A stretch of 64,000 bases of DNA from an uncultured Acidobacteriota bacterium (GCA_963831435.1 CAWHQK010000082.1:22741-86740); one strand, 5' to 3'; positions 27,778 through 37,780 are shown, counted from the first letter of the stretch. A program made the numbers and translations. Notes: generated by a model from the sequence alone, not told the origin.

Positions 27778-30474
27778 TTGATGTCAGGTATTTGTTTCGC
27801 AGCCACAATTCGGGGGTCGGCCGTCAATCTTGCGCTTTCTATTTTTTGCTTCGCAGCGCTTTCCCTGATTTTTCCGGTACGAAGTCTCGCACAATCGAAT
27901 GCAAGCTCGACCGTTCCAGTGCGCATTATTGTGGTGGAATCTGAATCCGACGCGCAACAAATTCTCAAACGTCTGCAAACGGGCGCGGACTTTGCCGCGA
28001 TCGCAAAAGAAAAATCCATTGACGTTACCGCTCAAGATGGCGGATTCATGGGCAAGGTGGATCCTGCGAGTCTACGCAAAGAACTTCGCAACGCAATCCA
28101 GGGACTCACTCCCGGAGAGACCTCCGGGATCATTCGACTTCCTTCCAGTTTCGCTATTTTGCAGGTGCTGCGTTACGCCCCAGTTTCTGCGTCTCGCGCT
28201 GGTTCGAATTCCACAACCGCACCTTCGTCGTCCGGCAGCTCCGTTCCCACGCAGAGTATGCCCCTGACCGCGCGGGGAAGCATTCGCTATTTAGCCAATG
28301 TCGGGGGAAAGGGCGAAGCAGATCTCGCCTTCCGCAGTTATCCCAAGCCGGACGGATGGAGCCAAGACTTGAAGGCACTTTGCCAGATTCGCAAAGACTC
28401 GCTTTCCAGCGTAATTGATCTGCTCAAGCAGAATCTTACAAGCACTGGGCCAGAACTCACAGGCCACACTCCGCTCGACACTATTCAGACTCATTATGCC
28501 CTTGCGAATCTCTATGCCTACCAGGGTCAGATGGACAAGTCTGTGGAGCAATGGGAAAGCGCGTATCAGATGTCAAAGAGTGATATGCCACAAGTGTTGC
28601 CCGAGCTCGAAGAAGTGTTGGGCACCGCTTATCTTCACAAAGCAGAAATGGACAACGACGTGTATCGCAAACCCGGCGACCGCTGCATATTTCCTCCGCG
28701 GCCAGAGATGCGCTACGAGAAGACCGCTTCGTCGGAAAAAGCCGTGGACTATCTGCTGAAATACTTGCAGCGACAACCGGACCGGCTCGATGTGAGATGG
28801 CTGCTGAATCTTGCTTACATGACTCTGGGCCAATATCCCGAAGGCGTTCCCAAGCAATATTTGATTCCGCTTTCCTCCTTTGAATCCGCGGAAGATGTAG
28901 GCCGGTTTGTGGATGTTGCTCCCGAAGCGGGCCTCAACATGTATGACATGTCGGGTGGTTTGATTGTGGACGACTTCGACAATGATGGCCTGCTCGACAT
29001 CGTGACCTCTGACTACGGCCAGTGCGCGCCGATGCACTTCTTTCACAACAACGGCGATGGAACATTTTCTGACCGCACCGCGCAAGCGGGATTGAGCGAT
29101 CAGCTTGGCGGACTGAATCTTATCCAGGCGGACTACAACAACGATGGCTGCGTGGATATTCTGGTGCTACGGGGTGCATGGGAGTTTCCGCAACGCAAAT
29201 CGTTGTTGCGAAATAATTGCGATGGAACATTTACGGATGTGACCGCAGCGGCCGGTCTTGCCGACCCCGCAACTGACACGCAAACTGCTGTGTGGGCGGA
29301 TATTGATAACGACGGCTATCTCGATTTACTGGTCGGCAATGAAAATGTTCCCAGCCAGCTCTTCCATAACAACGGCAATGGCACATTCACCGACATCTCG
29401 CACAAGGCGGGAGTCGATCATATGGGGTTCAGCAAGGCGGCCGTGGCGGCCGACTATGACAATGACGGCTACGTTGACTTTTTTGTTGCGAATCTCAGCG
29501 GCAACCACTTTCTTTATCACAATAACCACAACGGAACATTCAGCGAAGTCGCATTGCAGGCAGGCGTGCAGGAACCAAAACAAGCTTTTCCAGCATGGTT
29601 CTTCGATTACGACAACGACGGGTGGCCCGATCTTTTTGTAAGTAGCTACTACGTTTCCGTGGATGAAACGCTGCGCAGTTATCTCGAGCTTCCGCCCAAC
29701 GCCGAAACCTTGAAGATCTATAAAAATCTTGGAAATGGCACTTTCCGCGATGTGACCCAAGAGGTCGGACTGGACCGGGTGTTCATGCCCATGGGATCCA
29801 ATTTCGGCGACATTGATAACGACGGATTTCTCGATTTTTATTTGGGGACGGGAAATCCGGCGTACAGTTCTCTTCTTCCGAATGTGCTGTTTCATAACAA
29901 AGAAGGCAAATATTTTGTGGATGTCACGGCATCCTCCGGAACAGGGGAATTACACAAAGGACATGCGGTAGCGTTCGCGGACATTGGAAATAACGGCCAG
30001 GAAGATTTGCTGGAGGAAGTCGGCGGCGCCGTGCCCGGCGACAGCCATGCCTTCCGGCTGTTCAAAAATCCTGGGAACGGCAATGACTGGATCACCCTGC
30101 GTTTAGTGGGCGTGAAAACCAATCGTTCGGCGATAGGGACGCGGATTAACGTCACCGTGCAAGACCAGGGACAACCGAAACGCTCCGTTTATCGGACGGT
30201 CGGCAGCGGAGGTTCATTCGGCGCGTCTCCCCTGCAACAGCATATTGGGCTGGGAAAATCGGCGAAGATTCTGGATATAGAAATCTGGTGGCCGGTCAGC
30301 AACACGCGCCAGCACTTTGCTGATGTTGCTCCCGACCAGTTTCTCGAGATCAAAGAATTTGACAAGAATTACAAGAAGCTCGAACGAAAGTCATTCGAAC
30401 TCGGAGGGCGCAAGCCAAACGCAGACGCAGCGCACAATTCAACGCCGCAAACGCCCTTGACAAATTCTCATTAA
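27778..30474 (+). CDS. fusion protein: parvulin-type PPIase domain + TPR-like helical region + CRTAC1 (FG-GAP/VCBS + ASPIC/UnbV)
   Basis: PpiC-like segment: VRIIVVESESDAQQILKRLQTGADFAAIAKEKSIDVTAQDGGFMGKV...GETSGIIRLPSSFAILQV. Helical TPR-like segment: HYALANLYAYQGQMDKSVEQWESAYQM. These are followed by DDFDNDGLLDIV, ADYNNDGCVDIL and FHNNGNGTFTDIS repeats, and by NDWITLRLVGVKTNRSAIGTRI...IEIWWP. Confidence 0.8.
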   Translation: MMSGICFAATIRGSAVNLALSIFCFAALSLIFPVRSLAQSNASSTVPVRIIVVESESDAQQILKRLQTGADFAAIAKEKSIDVTAQDGGFMGKVDPASLRKELRNAIQGLTPGETSGIIRLPSSFAILQVLRYAPVSASRAGSNSTTAPSSSGSSVPTQSMPLTARGSIRYLANVGGKGEADLAFRSYPKPDGWSQDLKALCQIRKDSLSSVIDLLKQNLTSTGPELTGHTPLDTIQTHYALANLYAYQGQMDKSVEQWESAYQMSKSDMPQVLPELEEVLGTAYLHKAEMDNDVYRKPGDRCIFPPRPEMRYEKTASSEKAVDYLLKYLQRQPDRLDVRWLLNLAYMTLGQYPEGVPKQYLIPLSSFESAEDVGRFVDVAPEAGLNMYDMSGGLIVDDFDNDGLLDIVTSDYGQCAPMHFFHNNGDGTFSDRTAQAGLSDQLGGLNLIQADYNNDGCVDILVLRGAWEFPQRKSLLRNNCDGTFTDVTAAAGLADPATDTQTAVWADIDNDGYLDLLVGNENVPSQLFHNNGNGTFTDISHKAGVDHMGFSKAAVAADYDNDGYVDFFVANLSGNHFLYHNNHNGTFSEVALQAGVQEPKQAFPAWFFDYDNDGWPDLFVSSYYVSVDETLRSYLELPPNAETLKIYKNLGNGTFRDVTQEVGLDRVFMPMGSNFGDIDNDGFLDFYLGTGNPAYSSLLPNVLFHNKEGKYFVDVTASSGTGELHKGHAVAFADIGNNGQEDLLEEVGGAVPGDSHAFRLFKNPGNGNDWITLRLVGVKTNRSAIGTRINVTVQDQGQPKRSVYRTVGSGGSFGASPLQQHIGLGKSAKILDIEIWWPVSNTRQHFADVAPDQFLEIKEFDKNYKKLERKSFELGGRKPNADAAHNSTPQTPLTNSH

Positions 30475-30475
30475 G

Positions 30476-32404
30476 TTATTGCTTGGCCGTTTCGCCGGTT
30501 GCCGGCACGGAGTAAAAAGCAATCTCGCCACTCTTGAATACCGCGAGTTGATCTCCCGAGGGAGAAATTCCGAAGGATTGGAATGTGGGAATGGGCGATG
30601 CCACATTCACCGCGAGCACTTTCTGTCCATTGTTAGCGCGGTACAGAACAATATGTTCGCTTTCTAAATCATTGCTGCGAAAAGCAACTTCGGGTGCGAT
30701 GGACTTCGAAGCTTTTGTAACCGCGACTGCAAACAAACCACTGGCTGCGCGCCCTTCGGCCAGTTGCCCCAGTTCTTCAGACGAAGAATGTCCTTTGAGC
30801 ACCGGCTTCCCTTCCGACGTCAGAATGCGGTACCACGTTCCTGACGGTTGATCGCACCCGGTGATAAACAGAAGATCGGGGGGCAAACTCTTCGCGCTTA
30901 CCCGGCAGGTAGAACGGACCTCTGCCAGCACTCGTCTTTGCCCAGCCCAGGTTTGCTCAACGACGCGCCAACGGTTTTTGCCAATGGTGGGAATGCGAAT
31001 TTCACCTTCGTCGGACAAAACCGGAGGGGCATCGAACGAGGACCGCACGACCCGGGCAAGCGTACGAAATTCCGCATCGAGCACTCGCACTTCAACATCT
31101 TCTTCAGGCTCACGCCCCTCGGCCTCTTCCAATTGTCTATGGATCGCGGCCGTATGGCGCTCCTGTACAACGCCGACAGCGAAATATTTGCTGGATGGCG
31201 AGATTGCTACAAACGCTAATGGACCGTTGACCACCACGGACTGCTCAAGTCTGAGTCCGGGGCCATACACCCGCAACTGCCTCCCAATATGAACCAGGAC
31301 TTTATTGCTTCCAATGGGCCAAAGGTATTGGCCACCATCGGGAACCAACCAGTCCTCCACGCGTTTAATTTTTTCCGTCTTCACATCAATCAGCACGCTG
31401 CGGATGGTTCGCCATGGCCCGGACAATCCGATACGAGGCACGAGTTCGTGCGGGTCAAACGTGAACAATAACTGGTTCTCGCCTAAATAGGAAAGCGCGG
31501 CTTCGCGATCAAAGTGATACATGTCGCGGTTGGACGATGAAACGTATCCCAGATTTTTAATAGAAATCGCGGAAACTGACCCGGGCGAAGCCAACGACGT
31601 ATCAGTCGCCGCAGCTATGCTGCATTGCGGCGGTTCGCACACTTCCGTTGTATCAACGAATTCGGGAACGCTCGGGACGGTCCGCGCAACATTCGACGCG
31701 GAGGTGGTGGCTGTAGTTGGAACAATTTTCGCCGCCGGGCTGGCAGCCCTGGCTTTTACATTTGGCACCAGAACGAATTGCAACCCGCTCTCGAGCCGGA
31801 GATTGTGATGATCGTCGGAAATGATCGAGCTTCCCTCGGGGCCCGTTCCAACATTTAACTTTACGTTCCGCATGCCTAGCACCTGACCGGGCATGACGGC
31901 CTTCGGCGGTTTGCGCTGAGTAGGCTGGAATATCACTGTCTGCGCCGCCTGTGTCACGCTTCGCATCCCATTGCCGCTCACGGCGATGCTATCGCCATTC
32001 AAGCCCAAACCAACGGCGTCTGAGAGCGCCGGCATTTGCTCTTCATTGAATAAGTTTGTGTCCTGGGGACTTGGAGCAATCATTGCGGCCACAGTGAGCG
32101 GAATAGGCTTCATATCCTTGCCGTTGCATTCACCGCTTTCAAAGATCAGCGCAAGTTTGGACGCCCGAGCGGTTCGCGTTCGTTCATTTTCTAAGACGAC
32201 GCGCCCCTTTAGCGTGGCCCCTTTGCGCAGGTGGCACTGCGCTCCCTTCCATTCGACTTCAACTTTTGCGAGGACTGGATCTCCCACTTTGATGTGGCCA
32301 GCTTCAATCGGATGAAGAAGTTCGGCCTGAACAGGAACTGGCGGCGTTTCAGCGAAAGAAATTGACGCGGAAATTAAGAGGAGGCCGAGAACTTGTTTAA
32401 GCAT
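30476..32404 (-). CDS. secreted hypothetical protein (about 642 aa), no family recognised
   Basis: The ATG at 32404 gives signal peptide MLKQVLGLLLISASISFAETP. The ORF is long and uninterrupted, and the C-terminal half looks beta-rich (possibly a propeller). Confidence 0.6.
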   Translation of the reverse strand: MLKQVLGLLLISASISFAETPPVPVQAELLHPIEAGHIKVGDPVLAKVEVEWKGAQCHLRKGATLKGRVVLENERTRTARASKLALIFESGECNGKDMKPIPLTVAAMIAPSPQDTNLFNEEQMPALSDAVGLGLNGDSIAVSGNGMRSVTQAAQTVIFQPTQRKPPKAVMPGQVLGMRNVKLNVGTGPEGSSIISDDHHNLRLESGLQFVLVPNVKARAASPAAKIVPTTATTSASNVARTVPSVPEFVDTTEVCEPPQCSIAAATDTSLASPGSVSAISIKNLGYVSSSNRDMYHFDREAALSYLGENQLLFTFDPHELVPRIGLSGPWRTIRSVLIDVKTEKIKRVEDWLVPDGGQYLWPIGSNKVLVHIGRQLRVYGPGLRLEQSVVVNGPLAFVAISPSSKYFAVGVVQERHTAAIHRQLEEAEGREPEEDVEVRVLDAEFRTLARVVRSSFDAPPVLSDEGEIRIPTIGKNRWRVVEQTWAGQRRVLAEVRSTCRVSAKSLPPDLLFITGCDQPSGTWYRILTSEGKPVLKGHSSSEELGQLAEGRAASGLFAVAVTKASKSIAPEVAFRSNDLESEHIVLYRANNGQKVLAVNVASPIPTFQSFGISPSGDQLAVFKSGEIAFYSVPATGETAKQ

Positions 32405-32454
32405 GCTAACCACCACGATCGCACAACCGACAAAATGCCGAGAAAAATGATCGG

Positions 32455-32466
32455 GTAAACGTTTGC
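32455..32466. promoter_or_regulatory. LacI-type operator half-palindrome in the divergent promoter region of 32404(-) and GH43(+)
   Basis: GTAAACGTTTGC shares the AAACGTTT core with the sites at 21454, 21474 and 27713. Confidence 0.45.
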
Positions 32467-32508
32467 CGGCCATTGTATTCTAGCTGCGCAATATCCCGAC
32501 AAGGACCT

Positions 32509-33564
32509 ATGCCGAAAATAATTTTCTACATTCTGCTCGGAATTCTTCTCTCTGGTTCCTTCGCTTCTGCAAAGAACGAGAGCGGCTCCGCCCCAGAGGT
32601 CGTCCCCGTTCAAGGGGACGTCGAATATACGCACGACCCCAGCATCATGAAGGAAAAAGGCAACTGGTATCTATTTGGCACGGCCAACGGACCGGTTCGT
32701 AACGGTGAGCTTCCCATCCGCTGCTCGAAAGATCTGCACAACTGGAAGCTCTGCGGGTACGTGTTCGACCAGATTCCCGACTGGATCAAAAAAGAGAGTC
32801 CCAAGACGCGGGAACTGTGGGCCCCCGATATTTCTTTTTTCAACGGCGAATATCACCTTTACTACGCGTTCTCGGTTTTCGGCAAGAACACCTCGGGAAT
32901 TGCCCTGCTTACAAACAAAACCCTGTATCCCTCAAGCCCTGATTTTCATTGGGTGGACCGCGGACTGGTGCTGGAATCAAAGTTGGAAGATGACTTTAAC
33001 GCCATTGATCCAAATTTAGTCCAGACGCCGGATGGTCAAACCTGGCTCGCGTTCGGAAGTTTCTGGAGCGGCATTAAGATGCGCCGCATAGATCCGAAGA
33101 CTGGCCTGCTTTCCAAAGAAGATACGAAACTCTATTCACTCGCCACGCGCAAGCGTCCGGCAAACCCTCCTCCGAACCCTCCAGGCTTGCCCGGAGATTG
33201 GCAAGCGGTGGAGGCGCCATTCATTATTCATCATGGCGGATATTATTACCTGTTTGTTTCTTTCGACCTTTGCTGCCGTGGGACCAAGAGCAATTACAAA
33301 ACCATGGTGAGCCGATCGAAAAATGTGACTGGGCCTTACGTAGATGCGCAGGGTACACCGATGTTGCAGGGCGGTGGAACACCGCTGCTCGTGGGAAACA
33401 GTCGTTGGATCGGGCCTGGCGGAGAATCGCTCTTTCAAGAAAAAGATGGTAATGACATTATTGTGTTCCACGCGTATGACGGAAAAACTGGAGACGCCTA
33501 TTTGCAGATTTCAACAATTGGATGGCGCGACGGTTGGCCGCATGCCGCGCTGGAGGGCAATTAA
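32509..33564 (+). CDS. GH43 arabinan endo-1,5-alpha-L-arabinosidase-like protein
   Basis: ATG at 32509 after AAGGA, followed by a signal peptide. GH43 motifs THDPSIMKEKGNWYLFGT, LWAPDISFFNGEYHLYYA, AIDPNLV...WLAFGSFWSGI and VEAPFIIHHGGYYYLFVSFD. Confidence 0.88.
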   Translation: MPKIIFYILLGILLSGSFASAKNESGSAPEVVPVQGDVEYTHDPSIMKEKGNWYLFGTANGPVRNGELPIRCSKDLHNWKLCGYVFDQIPDWIKKESPKTRELWAPDISFFNGEYHLYYAFSVFGKNTSGIALLTNKTLYPSSPDFHWVDRGLVLESKLEDDFNAIDPNLVQTPDGQTWLAFGSFWSGIKMRRIDPKTGLLSKEDTKLYSLATRKRPANPPPNPPGLPGDWQAVEAPFIIHHGGYYYLFVSFDLCCRGTKSNYKTMVSRSKNVTGPYVDAQGTPMLQGGGTPLLVGNSRWIGPGGESLFQEKDGNDIIVFHAYDGKTGDAYLQISTIGWRDGWPHAALEGN

Positions 33565-33582
33565 CTTTTTCTGGCAACATCT

Positions 33583-34830
33583 TTAATGCTTATCAGCCCC
33601 GGTCGAAGAATCTTCGCCGGGGTTGATGATTTCTACGCCGGCGTTGTGCGCCTTCACCTCTTCCTGGTCAAGTTCGTTGGTGATTTTTAACTGCGCGGCC
33701 GAATCTTCTTTTCTTCCCAGCCGTGCGTAACTCAATCCCAAATAATAATGGGCTTCGCGCAACGACGGCTCAACGGTGACGGCTCGCTCCAACAATTTCG
33801 CGGCCTCGTCATAATTCTTCTTTTCGAATTCGATCCGTCCCATTCCCGTGAGTGCGCCTGCATGGTGCGGATCGCGTTGCAGGACGTAGATAAAATGCAT
33901 GCCCGCTGCACCCAGATCGCCGGCATTCAGTTCGAGCCGGCCCAATTGAAAATATGATTCCGTTTGCACAGGCTTTAACTGGATAGACCGCTCAAATTCA
34001 GTTTTCGCCTCGGGAAATTGTTGCAGCGATGCAAGCGTGAGAGCTAACGCGTAATGCCCGGATGCGTCTCCAGAGTTAAGTTGCACATAGTGTGCGAATG
34101 TATCGCGCGCGTCCTGATATTTTGCCAGCCCCATTTGGGCACGGCCCAGAGCATAAATCGCTTTCGCGTCTTCTTTGCGGACTTTGAGGACGCTTTGAAA
34201 AGCCTGAATGGCGTCTGGGAACAAGGACATGCGAAGCGCCGCCATACCAAATTCATAAAGCACTTCAGGATCATTCGGGCTTGCCTGACGAGCCTGCATC
34301 ATGAACGATAAAGCTTTTTCGCCGTCATTGTTCTGTAAAGCGATTTGAGATTCGTTGCGCAAAGCGGCTAGTAGGGAGTTCAGCGCATCTGTGCGCGTAG
34401 GATCGATTCGCAGCGCTTCCTGAAATTCGGGGATTGCGTCAGCGGAGCGAGACATTTGTACATAAAGCAATCCGAGGTTTACGTGCGCGCTGGCAAAATT
34501 CGGATTCTGTTGGATGACCTGTTTGAAGAGCTTCTCCGCTGCAGCATTTCTTCCCTGCTGCGCCCGAACAATACCCATAAAATTCAGCGCGCGATACTCG
34601 TGTGGGTCCGCATTTAATATGGATTGCAACTCGTTCTCGGCCCGATCTAGGTTCCCCGCAGAAATCAATTGCGCGGCATCTTTCAGAAGACTCAGATTGT
34701 CCGATTGTGTCGCCACTTGGGCGGAGCAACACAGGGCGCACAACATCAACAGCGTTCCGAGCGCACAAGCCGCAACCACTTCGCGGCACTCGCGAAGCGC
34801 AGGATCGATGGAATCTCTCCGCAAGATCAT
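33583..34830 (-). CDS. secreted TPR-repeat protein
   Basis: Multiple TPR units (for example ASAHVNLGLLYVQMSRSADAIPEFQEALRIDP). Its ATG overlaps the stop of the upstream TPR gene as ATGA at 34827-34830. Confidence 0.85.
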   Translation of the reverse strand: MILRRDSIDPALRECREVVAACALGTLLMLCALCCSAQVATQSDNLSLLKDAAQLISAGNLDRAENELQSILNADPHEYRALNFMGIVRAQQGRNAAAEKLFKQVIQQNPNFASAHVNLGLLYVQMSRSADAIPEFQEALRIDPTRTDALNSLLAALRNESQIALQNNDGEKALSFMMQARQASPNDPEVLYEFGMAALRMSLFPDAIQAFQSVLKVRKEDAKAIYALGRAQMGLAKYQDARDTFAHYVQLNSGDASGHYALALTLASLQQFPEAKTEFERSIQLKPVQTESYFQLGRLELNAGDLGAAGMHFIYVLQRDPHHAGALTGMGRIEFEKKNYDEAAKLLERAVTVEPSLREAHYYLGLSYARLGRKEDSAAQLKITNELDQEEVKAHNAGVEIINPGEDSSTGADKH

Positions 34831-35867
34831 CTTGCTCCGGCGCTCATGCCGGTTGCATTGGAATTTTGCTTGCCGATAAGATCTTCGGTCATTGCGAATT
34901 GCCGCGCGGCTAAATCCTTCTTACCCAGCCTCTGATAAACCCTGCCTAGCAAATAATGATTCGCACTGTTCGAATTGTCTAACCTCACCGCTTCTTCTAT
35001 CTGCATGCGGGCATCATCAAAATGATTCGCAGCGAAATAGGCCTTACCTAATTCATAACGCGCCTTGCTGGATCGTGGCGCAATTTGCGTGGCCCTCAAC
35101 AGCAACGGAACCGCTTCGGGCCCCCGATTCAGTTTTTCCAGTAAAATGCCAAGGTCGAGATACGGTTCTTCATCATGGGCTGCGGCGGCCGCATCCAGGT
35201 CAATTGCTTTACGATAAGCGGCGATTGCCTGCGTGGTTTGGTTTTTTCCTTCCAGGCTAAGCCCGAGATTATCTTCCGCTTTCACATTCGCAGGGTCACG
35301 GCGCACGACTTCCTGGAATGCCGCAATCGCCTGGTCAAATTTATTTTGCTGATAGCGCACGCGGCCCAAATGATAGCGGGCTTCCAGATTGTCGGGGTCC
35401 ATTTTCAGCGATTCTTCAAGATAGCGGCCCGCATCTTCGTAATCATTCAATAAAACGTAATCGAGTGAAACAATTTTCAAATCGTCGGAGGTTGGAGTTT
35501 TTAGTTTTGCGGCGGCAGTAAATAATTTCAGCGATTCCTGGGGCTTGTCCTCACGAAAACGAAGGTACGCCAGCAAGTACACCGCATCCTGGGAGTTCGG
35601 ATTGTTCGCAACGTACGGTTCAAGCGTGCTGGCGGCCTCTTTAATCTGTCCCACGTTGATGAGCGATTTGGCAGCATAGAGGCGCGCATCCGACTTGCCT
35701 GGCTGCGCTTTTTCATATTGCTGAAAGGCCGTGGCTGCATCGCTCCACTGCCGCTGTCGGAAAAATTCCAGCCCGCGCGCATATTGATCGACTTGCGCAA
35801 ACGCGGAAATAGACAACAGAAAGCCCACCAAAAAATAGCTTCGGAAACTGAAAGCCCGCTGCGCCAT
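34827..35867 (-). CDS. secreted TPR-repeat protein
   Basis: Signal peptide FLVGFLLSISAFAQ followed by TPR units. The start lies 11 nt after the stop of the upstream CRTAC1 gene. Confidence 0.85.
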   Translation of the reverse strand: MAQRAFSFRSYFLVGFLLSISAFAQVDQYARGLEFFRQRQWSDAATAFQQYEKAQPGKSDARLYAAKSLINVGQIKEAASTLEPYVANNPNSQDAVYLLAYLRFREDKPQESLKLFTAAAKLKTPTSDDLKIVSLDYVLLNDYEDAGRYLEESLKMDPDNLEARYHLGRVRYQQNKFDQAIAAFQEVVRRDPANVKAEDNLGLSLEGKNQTTQAIAAYRKAIDLDAAAAAHDEEPYLDLGILLEKLNRGPEAVPLLLRATQIAPRSSKARYELGKAYFAANHFDDARMQIEEAVRLDNSNSANHYLLGRVYQRLGKKDLAARQFAMTEDLIGKQNSNATGMSAGAR

Positions 35868-35878
35868 GGAGATGCCTG

Positions 35879-37606
35879 TTAGGGGTTCGAAGAGTTGCCT
35901 TCTGTGACCGTGAGAATCTGATCAGCCTTCACATTTTTCAGCGTCTGCGCCGTGCCGCTCGGCCAATGAATCTGAATTTCACTCGCGGAATTGGCGCTGC
36001 CCAACCCAAAGTGTACACGCTTATCACTCGATGATTCGTAGCTTCCAGCGGTGGTCACCGTCGCGTACTGCGCTCCGCCGCCTGTCATGATTTTAATTCG
36101 GGCTCCGATTGCATCCCGATCGCTCTTGGTTCCCACAAGCTTAAGCGTGAGCCAGTGATTTTGCGTCGGGGTTTCGTTGATTAAAATCCATGCGGGACCG
36201 TTGTTCGAAGTGACGACCACGTCCATCTTTCCATCATTGTGAATATCGCCGATTGCCATTCCACGCGCGGCCCATTTCTGCTGAAAAACGTCCCCAGATT
36301 GCGCGGAAACATCCACAAATTTCTTTCCCTCCTTGTTCCAAAGAAGCAGCGGCGATTCCTTGTAGTGGAGATGCGGCTCGTTGATTTCAATTGTGTCCAT
36401 CACGTGCGACTGCGTAATGAATATGTCCTTCCATCCGTCGTTGTCGTAATCCACGAATCGCACGCCCCACCCGGAATGGAGCAGACTGATGGTGCCCAGC
36501 CCGGTCGTGTTGGTGGAATAGTTGAAAGTTCCGTCTCCGGCATTCTGGTAGAGCGCGTACCTCTGATTGGCCAAATCGGTAATAATCACGTCCGGCCAGC
36601 CGTCGTTGTCATAATCCTCGAAGTCCACCCCCATGCCTGCAAATGAAGCCCCGCCGCCATCAAGGGCCACGCCGGAAACCAGCCCTATTTCTTCAAATGT
36701 ACCGTCACGCTTATTGTGAAAAAGAGATTCAGGAATGGAATCATTGGCAACAAGTACATCCGGCCATCCATCGTGATCGTAATCCGCAATGGCGACTCCC
36801 ATTCCTTTGATCGGTTTATCGAGGCCGGCTTTTTGCGTTACGTCGGTAAACTTTCCGTTGCCATCATTGTGGTACAGGATGACAGATATAGGTTTGAAGA
36901 TATCGGGATGGCAATAGGAGCGATATCCAGCCTTCCGTTCGCCACAATACAAATCGTCAAAATCCCACTGCATGTAGCGCGCAACCAGCAAATCCAATTT
37001 GCCGTCGTTGTCATAATCGAACCACGCCGCGCTAGTGGCCCAGCCGGAACCCGCAACACCGGCGGCATTTGTGACATCGGTGAAAGTGCCGTTGCCATTG
37101 TTGTGGTACAAAGTGCTCCGGCCGTAGCCCGAGACAAATAAATCTTCGTAGCCGTCGTTATCGTAGTCGCCGACTGCCACCCCGGTGCAGTAGCCAATCC
37201 CAATCAAGCCTGCCTTTTCGGTCACATCTTCAAACGTGCCGTCAGGTTTTTGGTGAAATAAACGGTTCCAATATTTCGGGCTGGTCTTTTGCGGAATGGT
37301 CCCTTTGGGAGTCGGATCCTCGATCGGCGCGCCATTGGCAAAAAAAATATCGAGGTGGCCGTCGTTGTCATAGTCGAACAGGGCGACGCCAGAACCCATG
37401 GTTTCCAGTAAATATTTCCTGCTGGTTGGAGAAGCCTGTTGTTGAAAGTGGACTCCAAGCTTTTCGGTTGCATTCACAAAGAGGCCGGGGGTTGGAACTG
37501 CAACAGAAGCAGAAGAAGGCTTACCAGTTTGACCAAAAGAACAAATTGACGCGACCAAGACCGCAAACAAGCACATCCAGGCCGGAACAATGCGCACCTT
37601 GTTCAT
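35879..37606 (-). CDS. CRTAC1-family protein (FG-GAP/VCBS + ASPIC/UnbV)
   Basis: The ATG at 37606 gives signal peptide MNKVRIVPAWMCLFAVLVASICSFG. Repeats DYDNDGHLDIFFAN, DYDNDGYEDLFVSG and LYHNNGNGTFTDV. C-terminal module: NHWLTLKLVGTKSDRDAIGARI...HFGLG...IQIHWPSG. Confidence 0.88.
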   Translation of the reverse strand: MNKVRIVPAWMCLFAVLVASICSFGQTGKPSSASVAVPTPGLFVNATEKLGVHFQQQASPTSRKYLLETMGSGVALFDYDNDGHLDIFFANGAPIEDPTPKGTIPQKTSPKYWNRLFHQKPDGTFEDVTEKAGLIGIGYCTGVAVGDYDNDGYEDLFVSGYGRSTLYHNNGNGTFTDVTNAAGVAGSGWATSAAWFDYDNDGKLDLLVARYMQWDFDDLYCGERKAGYRSYCHPDIFKPISVILYHNDGNGKFTDVTQKAGLDKPIKGMGVAIADYDHDGWPDVLVANDSIPESLFHNKRDGTFEEIGLVSGVALDGGGASFAGMGVDFEDYDNDGWPDVIITDLANQRYALYQNAGDGTFNYSTNTTGLGTISLLHSGWGVRFVDYDNDGWKDIFITQSHVMDTIEINEPHLHYKESPLLLWNKEGKKFVDVSAQSGDVFQQKWAARGMAIGDIHNDGKMDVVVTSNNGPAWILINETPTQNHWLTLKLVGTKSDRDAIGARIKIMTGGGAQYATVTTAGSYESSSDKRVHFGLGSANSASEIQIHWPSGTAQTLKNVKADQILTVTEGNSSNP

Positions 37607-37780
37607 GAACAGAATTAGACCATAGCGCAATAGCCGCGCGGCAGCATCTAGCAAGGATTCTACAAGATCGGGCGCGCCGGAGCCACTCCCAGAGATTCTT
37701 GCGGACAGTTTTGCCGAAACAATTTTACTAAGAAGGCAATGATCTATGAGCTTTTCAAGGTGATCTGGGAACAGATTCCA

